DNA of 64,000 nucleotides from a virus (Duplodnaviria; Caudoviricetes). The notes beneath the pieces are model-generated. The model worked only from the letters and a program-made list of their open reading frames with translations, was not told the DNA's origin and searched no databases. Shown in pieces: positions 38,046 to 47,232 of this stretch (its first letter is position 1; each line of letters starts with the position of its first letter). The stretch is taken from positions 1 to 64,000 of IMG/VR virus record IMGVR_UViG_3300032007_000071, one strand, 5' to 3'. A program made the position numbers and the translations under genes.

Positions 38046-41000
38046 ATGACTATATTACAGAGATTAAGGAATAACGTCGAGGCGATCAAGTACGCCTTGA
38101 CGGGACGTGGCAATGCCAGCGCACTGGATATGTATTCCGGCTTCGGTGGCATCGGAGCCGTGCTCTATGCCGGACGCCCCAAGGAGCAGTGGCCCAAGAG
38201 TATGCTGCCCTATTGGGACGACATAGAGCGCTTGAAGCAGGTGATTGCATCGATGGGCGGTGGCGTGGATAGCTTTGTGGATTCACTGAAGTCGTCCACC
38301 CTCACCGCATACTATACGCCTATGAAGTTTGTGAGCGGCATTGCGAAAGCCCTCGACAGCAAGTTGCTGATTGGCGACCGCGTCCTCGACCCCGCTGCTG
38401 GCAGTGGTGCGTTCGTGGTTGGTCTCCTCAACTGGTGTCATCAGGATCCCAGCAAGATTGTGGCCTACGAGAAAGACCTGCTGACGGGTGTGATACTCAA
38501 TGCCCGTATGAAACGTGACAGCGACATCGTGGATGTGAGGATCAACGGGTTTGAGACGATCTCGAAAGATGAGCTGGGCACCTACGACCTCGTGACAACC
38601 AATGTGCCGTTTGGTGACTTCGCTATCTATGACCCCGACTATACGGTTAGCAAGGACACGGAGTTGAGAAAGGCAGCTAAGTATATCCATCGCTACTACG
38701 TGCTGAAAGGTCTCGACTGTTTGCGTGACGGAGGTATCGAGGCGTACATCATCACGAGCAACTATCTCAACCATGACTTCACGCAGGTCGTGAAAGCCTT
38801 GGAGCAAGCCCGTCTGATTGGTGCCTACCGGTTGCCGAATAACCTCTTCAAGGAGGCGGGCACGGAGGTGGGTACTGACCTACTGGTGTTGCAGAAAGAC
38901 GAGCAGAAAGGCGGACTGACCGTGGACGAGACGATGCTGATCACGCCCTATACCGAGGACGGCTGTTACACAAACATGTACTTCGTTATGAACCCGGACC
39001 ACGTCATCGCCACCCATACGGAGAAAGGAACGGACGCTTACGGCAAGCCGACCTTCATCTATAAGTATGAGGGCGAAGAGCAAGCGATGGCCAAAGCGAT
39101 GCGAATGGTGCTGAGCAAGGACTTGGCGGACAACGTGGACTTCGAGTTGTACAAGAAAGGGGCTAAGAAGAAGGCCGAGAACAAGCAGCAGAAGCAGGAG
39201 AAGCAGCAGACAAACAGTAAGAACCGCTACCGCTATACGGACAACGAGACGGGCGACCTGATTAAGTCTATCGCCGAGGTGTATAACCAACTCTTCATTA
39301 CCGAGGCCACGACGTTCACCGAGGACACCGAAGACCGCAAGCAACTCAACGAGCTCTATGACAAGTTCGTGGAGAAGCACGGAGCCTTCAACAGTAACCC
39401 CTTCAACAAAGGGGCGGTGACGGACATCGCCAGGGAGCTGCTGAGTCTGGAGGTGAAGGACGGCAAGCAGTGGGTGAAGGCCGACATCTTCTACAAGCCC
39501 GTGGCGTTCGACACCAGCGAGCTGCATAGTGCCGATACCCCGCAGGAAGCACTGGCTCAGAGCTTGAACGACTGTGGCTATCCCGACGTGGAGTACATGA
39601 TGGCACTCACGGGACTGACCGAGACGGAGCTGATGACGAAACTCGACGGCGATGTCTATTACAATCCCCTCACGAACAAGTACGAGATTACCGCTAAGTT
39701 CATCAGTGGCAATGTCGTGGAGAAAGCCAAGGCGATCCGCAAGGCTTTCGGTATCAACGAGGACGAGCGTGACGGCAAGGACGAACTAACCAAGACCATT
39801 GACCCGAGGGTGGTCCGTTCACTGAGAGCCTTGGAGGATGCGGTGCCCACCCCGATCCCCTTTGAGGAATTGGACTTCAACCTCGGTGAGCGGTGGATCG
39901 ACACCAAGCTCTATGAGCAGTTCGGTTCCGAGCTTTTCTCCATCCCCGGTGGAAATGGTATCTGTGATCGGGTTGACCTCGAAGTGAAGTACGACGCTAA
40001 CCTCGACCAGTTCGTCGCCAGTGCGGAAAACTACTGGAATGAGAAGGTGACCACGCAGTATTACGTGAAGAGTGAGTGCTCGCATTATAACGGCATCGAC
40101 CTCTTCGTCTATGCGCTGGAAGACACCTGTCCGAAGATGTGGAGATACAAGCGCGACTCCCTGGGCTGCAAAGAGACCGACGGAAACGGCAAGTACCTCA
40201 AAGAGGAAGACCCCGAGAAGACACAGCTCGCCAACAGTAAGATTGCGGAGATACGTAACGCTTGGGTTGACTGGCTGATGCGTCAGCCGAGAGAGTTGAA
40301 AGACCAGCTCGCCAAGGAATACAATGAGCGGTTCAACTGCTTCGTCAAGCCCCACTATGACGGCAGCCACCAACGTTTCCCCGGTCTCGACCGAAAGGCA
40401 CTGGAGGAGAAGTATGGCGTGAAAGACCTCTACCAGAGTCAGAAGGACTGCATCTGGATGCTCGTACAGAACCAGGGCGGTATCTGCGACCATGAGGTAG
40501 GCAGTGGCAAGACGCTCATCATGTGTATCGCTGCCCACGAGATGAAGCGGTTGGGCATCGTCCACAAGCCGATGATTATCGGACTGAAGGCGAATGTCGG
40601 TGCCATCGCCGAGACCTACCAGACCGCCTATCCGAACGCCAAGATTCTCTACGCACAGAACAAGGACTTCCACGAGAGTGAGCGCGTCAACTTCTTCAAC
40701 CGCATGAAGAATAACGACTACGACTGCATCATCATGTCGCACGACCAGTTCGGCCGTCTGCCACAGAGCAAGGACGTGCAGCGAAAGATTATCCTCAATG
40801 AGCTGAAGCAGTTGGATGATGCCATGACTGCCGCCAAGGATTATAGCTGGGAGAACAGCCGGGTCATCTTGCGAGGACTGGAGCGAAGGAAGAAGAACCT
40901 TGAAGCCAAGCTCGCGAATGTCGTGGCGGAGATCAACGAAGCCAAGGACGACGTGTCCGACTTCGAGATGATGGGTATCGACCATATCTTTGTGGACGAG

Positions 41001-43034
41001 AGCCACATGTTCAAGAACCTCGGTTTCACTACCCGTCATAACCGTGTGGCAGGGCTCGGCAACAGTGAGGGTTCGAAGCGTGCCTTCAACCTTCTCATGG
41101 CGATCCGCACGATACAGAAGCGCACGGAGAGAGACCTCGGGGCTACCTTCCTTAGTGGTACGACGGTGACCAACTCCCTCACGGAGCTCTATTCTCTCTT
41201 CCGCTATCTGCGGCCACTGGCCATGAAGAAGCAGGGCATCACCTGTTTCGATGCGTGGGCTGCTATCTTCACGAAGAAGAGCACCGAGTTTGAGTTCTCC
41301 ATCACCAACCAGATCATCATGAAGGAGCGGTTCCGCTACTTCATCAAGGTGCCGGAGCTGGCACAGTTCTACAACGAGATCACCGACTTCCGCACGGCGG
41401 AGGATGTGGGTATCGAGCGTCCGAAAAAACACGCCCGGTTGCTGAACATCGAGCCGACCCCCGACCAGCAGGAATATACCCAGACCTTGATGGAGTTTGC
41501 CAAGACCGGCAACTTCTCACTCATCGGCATGGACTATGTCACCGACGCCCAGCAGAAAGCCAAGATGCTCTATGCAACAGATCTGGCCCGCAAGATGAGT
41601 CTCGATATGCGGATGATAGACCCGAGCTATCCCGACCATCCACGGAGCAAGTCGTCGATGTGCGCCAAACTCGTGAAGCAGTATTACGACAAGTACGACA
41701 GCGTGAAAGGTACGCAGCTCATCTTCTCCGACCTCTCTACCTATCAGGGTAAGAACAAAGGTTGGAACGTCTATGAGGACATCAAGCAGAAGCTCGTAGC
41801 GATGGGTATTCCCAGCAGTGAGATCCGTTTCATCCAGGAGTGTAAGAACGATGTGGCGAAGGCGAAGATGGTGCAGGACGTCAACGACGGAAAGGTGAGG
41901 GTACTCTTCGGTTCTACCTCGATGCTCGGCACGGGTGTCAACGCCCAGAAGCGAGTGGTGGCCGTGCATCACCTCGACACGCCGTGGAGACCGTCCGACC
42001 TGGAGCAGCGTGACGGCCGGGCTATCCGTAAGGGTAACGAGGTGGCGAAGCTCTATGCCGACAACACCGTGGATGTCATCATCTACGCTGTGCGCCGTTC
42101 GCTCGACGCTTACAAGTTCGGCTTGCTGAACAACAAGCAGTTGTTTATCTCTCAGCTCAAACGTGGTCAGCTCAGTGTCCGTACCCTCGACGAGGGGTCT
42201 ATGGACGAGAAGAGCGGCATGAACTTCGCCGAGTATATGGCCGTGCTCAGTGGCAACACCGACCTCTTGGAGCGTGCCAAGTTGGAGAAGCGGGTCGCTG
42301 CCTTAGAGTCGGAGCGCAAGGCGTTCTATCGTGACAAATCCGCTCAGACGAAGAAGCAGGAGCGGCTGCGTGAGGACAACGAGCGCAACAAGAAGAATAT
42401 CGCCGATGCCAAGAGCGACCTCGAGAAGTTCAACGCCGTTGTCAAGCGTGACGAAGCCGGACGTGCTATCAGCATGATCACCCTCGACGGCTTCACCCCA
42501 TACGCCAAAGGGAAGGACGGAAAGCTCACCGACAGGGTGCTGACCGCCGACGATGGGGAAGACTTCGACAAGGCTATCGGTGAGCAGCTCATCAAGATAG
42601 ACAAGTCTGCCCGCACCGGTGGAGCGATGCTGACCATCGGCAACGTCTATGGCTTCCCCATCAGTGTGAAGACGAAGCAGTATGACAATGCTTATGACCG
42701 TGAGGTGGAGTTTGAAAACAACTTCTACGTCAGTGGGCAGCGACTGGTCTATGGCATCAACAACGGCCACGGCACCATCAATCGGGTGGCCAAGGGACTG
42801 ACGGGCCGTATGCCGGTGCTCGCCCTGAACCGTCTGCCGGAGGTCATCAGCGGATGGCAGCAGCTCTATGACGAGAACGAGTCACGCATCAAGCAGCTCG
42901 ACACGATCATTCAGCAACCGTGGGGCAAGGACGCCGAACTCACGAAGTTGCGTACCGACCTCTCCGACCTCGACGTGAAGATTGGGAAGAGCTTGAAAGA
43001 GGATAAGCAGAAAGAGCAGAAGGAAGCAGCGTGA
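38046..43034 (+). CDS. DarB-like N6-adenine methyltransferase / SNF2 helicase fusion
   Basis: SGFGG, MTase motif I DPAAGSG, motif IV NVPF; helicase DHEVGSGKT, DESH, SGT, GVNAQ, QRDGR. Confidence 0.9.
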   Translation: MTILQRLRNNVEAIKYALTGRGNASALDMYSGFGGIGAVLYAGRPKEQWPKSMLPYWDDIERLKQVIASMGGGVDSFVDSLKSSTLTAYYTPMKFVSGIAKALDSKLLIGDRVLDPAAGSGAFVVGLLNWCHQDPSKIVAYEKDLLTGVILNARMKRDSDIVDVRINGFETISKDELGTYDLVTTNVPFGDFAIYDPDYTVSKDTELRKAAKYIHRYYVLKGLDCLRDGGIEAYIITSNYLNHDFTQVVKALEQARLIGAYRLPNNLFKEAGTEVGTDLLVLQKDEQKGGLTVDETMLITPYTEDGCYTNMYFVMNPDHVIATHTEKGTDAYGKPTFIYKYEGEEQAMAKAMRMVLSKDLADNVDFELYKKGAKKKAENKQQKQEKQQTNSKNRYRYTDNETGDLIKSIAEVYNQLFITEATTFTEDTEDRKQLNELYDKFVEKHGAFNSNPFNKGAVTDIARELLSLEVKDGKQWVKADIFYKPVAFDTSELHSADTPQEALAQSLNDCGYPDVEYMMALTGLTETELMTKLDGDVYYNPLTNKYEITAKFISGNVVEKAKAIRKAFGINEDERDGKDELTKTIDPRVVRSLRALEDAVPTPIPFEELDFNLGERWIDTKLYEQFGSELFSIPGGNGICDRVDLEVKYDANLDQFVASAENYWNEKVTTQYYVKSECSHYNGIDLFVYALEDTCPKMWRYKRDSLGCKETDGNGKYLKEEDPEKTQLANSKIAEIRNAWVDWLMRQPRELKDQLAKEYNERFNCFVKPHYDGSHQRFPGLDRKALEEKYGVKDLYQSQKDCIWMLVQNQGGICDHEVGSGKTLIMCIAAHEMKRLGIVHKPMIIGLKANVGAIAETYQTAYPNAKILYAQNKDFHESERVNFFNRMKNNDYDCIIMSHDQFGRLPQSKDVQRKIILNELKQLDDAMTAAKDYSWENSRVILRGLERRKKNLEAKLANVVAEINEAKDDVSDFEMMGIDHIFVDESHMFKNLGFTTRHNRVAGLGNSEGSKRAFNLLMAIRTIQKRTERDLGATFLSGTTVTNSLTELYSLFRYLRPLAMKKQGITCFDAWAAIFTKKSTEFEFSITNQIIMKERFRYFIKVPELAQFYNEITDFRTAEDVGIERPKKHARLLNIEPTPDQQEYTQTLMEFAKTGNFSLIGMDYVTDAQQKAKMLYATDLARKMSLDMRMIDPSYPDHPRSKSSMCAKLVKQYYDKYDSVKGTQLIFSDLSTYQGKNKGWNVYEDIKQKLVAMGIPSSEIRFIQECKNDVAKAKMVQDVNDGKVRVLFGSTSMLGTGVNAQKRVVAVHHLDTPWRPSDLEQRDGRAIRKGNEVAKLYADNTVDVIIYAVRRSLDAYKFGLLNNKQLFISQLKRGQLSVRTLDEGSMDEKSGMNFAEYMAVLSGNTDLLERAKLEKRVAALESERKAFYRDKSAQTKKQERLREDNERNKKNIADAKSDLEKFNAVVKRDEAGRAISMITLDGFTPYAKGKDGKLTDRVLTADDGEDFDKAIGEQLIKIDKSARTGGAMLTIGNVYGFPISVKTKQYDNAYDREVEFENNFYVSGQRLVYGINNGHGTINRVAKGLTGRMPVLALNRLPEVISGWQQLYDENESRIKQLDTIIQQPWGKDAELTKLRTDLSDLDVKIGKSLKEDKQKEQKEAA

Positions 43035-43050
43035 AAAAGTTCCTATACTA

Positions 43051-43228
43051 ACTCCGGGAAGAAGATATACCATCTTTTCGGAGAATGTATACCATCTTCT
43101 GGGAGAAGGTATACCAACTTTTGGAAGGGGTTAACCTCGACCGATGCTCCAAGTTAACTTCGAGCAGTGGTCCAAGTATACCTCGACCGATGCCCCAGGT
43201 ATACCTCGACTATCGGTCGAGGTATACA
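43051..43228. repeat. Degenerate ~22-bp array ending in a perfect palindrome
   Basis: Repeated gtatacc/gttaacc cores; gtatacctcgac-tatcg-gtcgaggtatac at 43199-43227. Confidence 0.75.
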
Positions 43229-43256
43229 TAAATTAAATCAATAAAAGCTACACAAT

Positions 43257-43502
43257 ATGAGCAAAGAAACCATAACGGCAAAAGAATATCTCGACCTGCC
43301 GTACAAACTGAAAAACAAATTCCTAAGCGATTGGTCATTCAAGCACGGCATGACCTCTACTCTTTACGGAATCCGTGTATGCCTGCTTAGTGGATTTGGC
43401 TACATGGGCGAGACGAGGATGGACGTAAACTTTATCCGCTCCCTCGACGAGAACGACAAGAATATATTACGGAAAGGCTATGCCTTCCTGCTAAAGAAAT
43501 AA
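43257..43502 (+). CDS. Hypothetical protein
   Basis: 81-aa ORF with an A-rich leader. Confidence 0.6.
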   Translation: MSKETITAKEYLDLPYKLKNKFLSDWSFKHGMTSTLYGIRVCLLSGFGYMGETRMDVNFIRSLDENDKNILRKGYAFLLKK

Positions 43503-43545
43503 ATCACATACGACTATATAAGTTTCACATTTAATACACACAACA

Positions 43546-44220
43546 ATGAACAACGACAAGAATTACGCGGCTGACATCAACCGCATCAGTACCGAGAACT
43601 GCAAGAAGGCAAGCAACCTGCTCAACGACATCTGCAAGCAGATACAGGGCGACAAGACGCTGCCGGAGGTTATCAAGGACAGCGACCTCTATTGCGACAC
43701 CTACAAGCTGTTGATGGCTGCCACCGGACGGGCTGTCAATCACGACCGCAAGATGATGGCCTACGATGACGAGCACAACATGGAAGAGCTGCTGCGTCAG
43801 CTCTTCGACCGTCTGTACTTCTTCTACCACAACGGGGCGGCTAAGGGTCGTGACCTGCCTGGCATCCGTTGGACGATGGACAACGGCACGTTTGTGGTGT
43901 GGTTGAACTCATGCGCGATCAACATGGAGCACTCGGTGGAGGTCACGGAGAGCACAGGCACCGGCTTCTCTATCACCAAGCGCGGCAAGGTCTTCAACCT
44001 CTGGCTCGACATCCCCGACATGGAGGACGACTCGGACGGTGTAGACAACGGCTATAAGTTTGTCGGCTTCTCTGCCGACTTCATGCCGAACGATGGTGGA
44101 CGTGAGGACGTGACTTTTGCCCCCGACGACCAGGACTTCAAACATCTCACCCTCGTGCGGTCTATCCTCGCCGACTTCGACATGATAGGCGACATGATAC
44201 AGGAGAAAGAGAACCAGTAA
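43546..44220 (+). CDS. Hypothetical protein
   Basis: 224-aa ORF, strong codon bias. Confidence 0.7.
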   Translation: MNNDKNYAADINRISTENCKKASNLLNDICKQIQGDKTLPEVIKDSDLYCDTYKLLMAATGRAVNHDRKMMAYDDEHNMEELLRQLFDRLYFFYHNGAAKGRDLPGIRWTMDNGTFVVWLNSCAINMEHSVEVTESTGTGFSITKRGKVFNLWLDIPDMEDDSDGVDNGYKFVGFSADFMPNDGGREDVTFAPDDQDFKHLTLVRSILADFDMIGDMIQEKENQ

Positions 44221-44315
44221 TTGCGAATTTCATACGGCAAAGGTTGGAAGTTACAGAAATTCTTCCTATCTTTGCCGTAGCTACAACAAAAATATTCATT
44301 TCAAAAATTAAACCA

Positions 44316-44375
44316 ATGAGTTTTATCTTCGCGCTGATCTTGCTGTACGCGGTCGTCAAGTCCGTCAATAGCTAA
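44316..44375 (+). CDS. 19-aa hydrophobic peptide with its own promoter
   Basis: MSFIFALILLYAVVKSVNS; TAtcTTTG about 50 nt upstream; GC inverted repeat downstream. Confidence 0.4.
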   Translation: MSFIFALILLYAVVKSVNS

Positions 44376-44457
44376 GACAGAAGCGCACGGGAGGGCGGTC
44401 CGCCCTAAACAAATCAACCATTAAGAACCCCGACTGATGGGCTAAACAGTTAGAAAT

Positions 44458-45183
44458 ATGGCAAACGTATTTTTTATCACTTATGGCGGGTACGCCAAGA
44501 ACGGGTACAAGTATGTGCCTTACAAAGCAATCGTTCATTCCCCAGAGGAAGCTATTGCAACGATCAACACCTGGAAATCTTATGGACGGAAAAATTCTAC
44601 CGCTCCCGGTGACTGCATCGTGGTCAACGAGGTAACGGAGAAGAAGATCCGAGCATTGTTTGCGAACGGACTCGGAACGTATCCTAACGGAGAGTCCTGC
44701 ACCTATGTGGGCGTAAGAACCACAGGCTGTGGTGCATGGGAGATCGGCTTCTCCTATCCACTCGCCGACACGCTTCAAGAGCATGAGCGTATCTACAACG
44801 AGCACCAGGCGGTACAGGAGGCGCTACGCAAGGAGCGTGAGATCAAGCGAGAAAGAGAGGCGGCACTCAATGAGGTACGCCGTGGCTGGTATCATGTGGA
44901 GATGAACATCACGCTTTACGTCTTCGCTCGACACGGCAATGACCATTTCGCCAACACCACATTCTGTGGAACCGTCCTCGCAGAGAGCGGGGCGGACGCC
45001 TACGACAAGGCGCTAAGCGAGATGGAGAACAACCCCATGCTTTACCATGGAAATCCCACCGTGGTACACGCTATCCCCGATGCCTGGTCGGACGACTTCT
45101 CATTCACCTTCCTCGGTATGAGAACCGACGAGGGCTATTCCGTTAAAGAGTGGGAGAAGTGGAAAGAGACTAACACTAAATAA
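44458..45183 (+). CDS. Hypothetical protein
   Basis: 241-aa ORF. Confidence 0.7.
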   Translation: MANVFFITYGGYAKNGYKYVPYKAIVHSPEEAIATINTWKSYGRKNSTAPGDCIVVNEVTEKKIRALFANGLGTYPNGESCTYVGVRTTGCGAWEIGFSYPLADTLQEHERIYNEHQAVQEALRKEREIKREREAALNEVRRGWYHVEMNITLYVFARHGNDHFANTTFCGTVLAESGADAYDKALSEMENNPMLYHGNPTVVHAIPDAWSDDFSFTFLGMRTDEGYSVKEWEKWKETNTK

Positions 45184-45200
45184 CTAAAATCTGAACAACT

Positions 45201-45524
45201 ATGGCAAAACTTACAAAGTTCTATTTCGATGAGCTTCCTAAAGAGCAGCAGCGTCGAGTCACGGAATCTTTCCTCGATAACGGTGGCAGTGAAGACTACT
45301 TGAATGGAAAGTTCTCTCGTGAGGAAGTCAATGTGGAGGTAGTGATTGACGAGGATGGCACGCTCTATGACTTCCGAGTATTCGACCCATTCCAGCTTGT
45401 AGATAAAGAGTTATACGTCTATGCAGACGGCTGGTCCAACTGGTTGCTCGAGTATCGTGACAACGCCGGACACGACGTGGACGAAATCCTCGATGAGTTC
45501 GACGGAGTGCCACAGGACGACTAA
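45201..45524 (+). CDS. Acidic hypothetical protein, tandem paralog 1
   Basis: MAKLTKFYFDEL...WSNWLLEYRDNAGHDVDEILDEFDGVPQDD. Confidence 0.8.
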   Translation: MAKLTKFYFDELPKEQQRRVTESFLDNGGSEDYLNGKFSREEVNVEVVIDEDGTLYDFRVFDPFQLVDKELYVYADGWSNWLLEYRDNAGHDVDEILDEFDGVPQDD

Positions 45525-45588
45525 CAAACAGGGCGTGGGGAAGCCCCGCCTAAAACAACACAACTAACAACTAACAAAGAAAGCAACT

Positions 45589-45924
45589 ATGGCAAAACTT
45601 TCAAAGTTCTATTTCGATGAGCTGAATAAAGATCAGCAGTGTCGAGTCATGATTGATTTCCGCGATAACGGTGGAAATCTCGACTACCTGAATGGAAAGT
45701 TCTCTCGCTCGGTCGTCAGTGCAGAGGTAGTCGTGGACGAGGATTTCGTCCTTTACGATATTCGGGTCTTTGATCCGTATCATCATGTAAAGAATGAGGG
45801 AGGAACCCCGATCTATATCGGGCCCGTTGGGTGGTCCAACTGGCTGTTCGAGTATCGTGACAACGCCGGGCACGACGTGGACGAGATCCTCGACGAGTTC
45901 GGCGGAGTGCCGCAGGACGACTAA
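45589..45924 (+). CDS. Acidic hypothetical protein, tandem paralog 2
   Basis: MAKLSKFYFDEL...WSNWLFEYRDNAGHDVDEILDEFGGVPQDD. Confidence 0.8.
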   Translation: MAKLSKFYFDELNKDQQCRVMIDFRDNGGNLDYLNGKFSRSVVSAEVVVDEDFVLYDIRVFDPYHHVKNEGGTPIYIGPVGWSNWLFEYRDNAGHDVDEILDEFGGVPQDD

Positions 45925-45984
45925 CAAACAGGGCGGGGGAAACCCCGCCACTATTACAACCAATAACCACCAAAACATACGATT

Positions 45985-46320
45985 ATGAAGACAACGAAGA
46001 TTACAAAGGATCAAGCTATCACAATCATCAAAAACATCTTACGTGAGGGTTGTTCAATACCAATGGCTTCCCTCGGAAATGGTGGTGGCGGGTTGTGTTA
46101 CTTGGACCCTCCACCTTCCAACGACGAAACCCCAGAGTTCCTCTCAACTCTCAAAGACAAGTCCTTCCGTATCGTTCCAACCTCTGAAATCTCAGAGGAG
46201 TTCGGAGGTCTTCACTTTTCCGAAGACTACGACGTATGCGTCGAGTTTTCATCCATGGACGGCAGTAACCCCAGTCGCGAGCAATACCTTTTGTGGAACA
46301 TCGACTATTACAAAGATTAA
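45985..46320 (+). CDS. Hypothetical protein
   Basis: atacgattATG leader. Confidence 0.6.
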   Translation: MKTTKITKDQAITIIKNILREGCSIPMASLGNGGGGLCYLDPPPSNDETPEFLSTLKDKSFRIVPTSEISEEFGGLHFSEDYDVCVEFSSMDGSNPSREQYLLWNIDYYKD

Positions 46321-46359
46321 CATTCTAAGCCCTACCGCAACACGGTTGAGCGGGAAACT

Positions 46360-46449
46360 ATGACCGATGATGTAGAGGAGGAAATCGAGTTCAGCGACGA
46401 CTATGCCGTGGACGAAGTAGGCCGCCCATACCGTGAAGATGAAGAATAA
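46360..46449 (+). CDS. 29-aa highly acidic peptide
   Basis: MTDDVEEEIEFSDDYAVDEVGRPYREDEE, aaactATG leader. Confidence 0.4.
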   Translation: MTDDVEEEIEFSDDYAVDEVGRPYREDEE

Positions 46450-46503
46450 GACTGATGGATCGGTCTTATTCCGCCCAACAACAACCCATTAAACACAATC
46501 ACT

Positions 46504-46707
46504 ATGTCTTACCGCAAACTTCGCAAGCGCTATCAGCGCATGGACCACGGCAATACCGTGCAGTTCAAACTCTACGACAAAGACCATCGGGTAATGAAGA
46601 AAGCGACCAAGAAAGCCACCGCAAAGATCATGAAGCAGTGCGTGTGGCGGAACTGGAACGCCTTGCACTATCTCGCAGTGGCCGCTAAAGAATGTCAGCA
46701 TGAATAA
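46504..46707 (+). CDS. Small basic hypothetical protein
   Basis: 67 aa, aatcactATG leader. Confidence 0.55.
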   Translation: MSYRKLRKRYQRMDHGNTVQFKLYDKDHRVMKKATKKATAKIMKQCVWRNWNALHYLAVAAKECQHE

Positions 46708-46872
46708 CCAACCCGCTTATGGTGCTTGCTCCGTCGTCTACCGTTTGGCAGACGGCAGGGAGCAGCACCTGGCTGCCTATATCCCCAACGAGAAGGTACG
46801 CCAAACCTACATCGAACGAGCCAACAAGTTTGGACTCGAAATAACAATAACACCCATCAAAAACAAATAGCT

Positions 46873-47154
46873 ATGTATCAAGCATCCGTTTCAAACCAGC
46901 ACGGTAATTATGTTGTGACCGTCTGCATGGACGACATTCACGGCTTCCGTCCTTTTGCCAACTTCGGTTGGAATCAAGGGGCAGCTATGGAGACCCGCGA
47001 CCTGATTAATCGTGGTCGTATCGAATACGAGCGGGTATGCGCCAAGATCCGCCTATACGACCCAAAGGTGCTCTACGGTTATCCTCGTTATCGTGGCAAC
47101 CGCATCGAATTCACACGCCGTAGAAAATACGTCGGGGAGACCTTCGAAGAATAA
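46873..47154 (+). CDS. Hypothetical protein
   Basis: aatagctATG leader; in frame with ORF-track 46726. Confidence 0.6.
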   Translation: MYQASVSNQHGNYVVTVCMDDIHGFRPFANFGWNQGAAMETRDLINRGRIEYERVCAKIRLYDPKVLYGYPRYRGNRIEFTRRRKYVGETFEE

Positions 47155-47232
47155 GCAATCAATACGAGCTTTATCTGCCTCGTCCGAAAATCGGGCGAGG
47201 ATTTTTTTATCATCAACCTAAAATCAAAAGCT

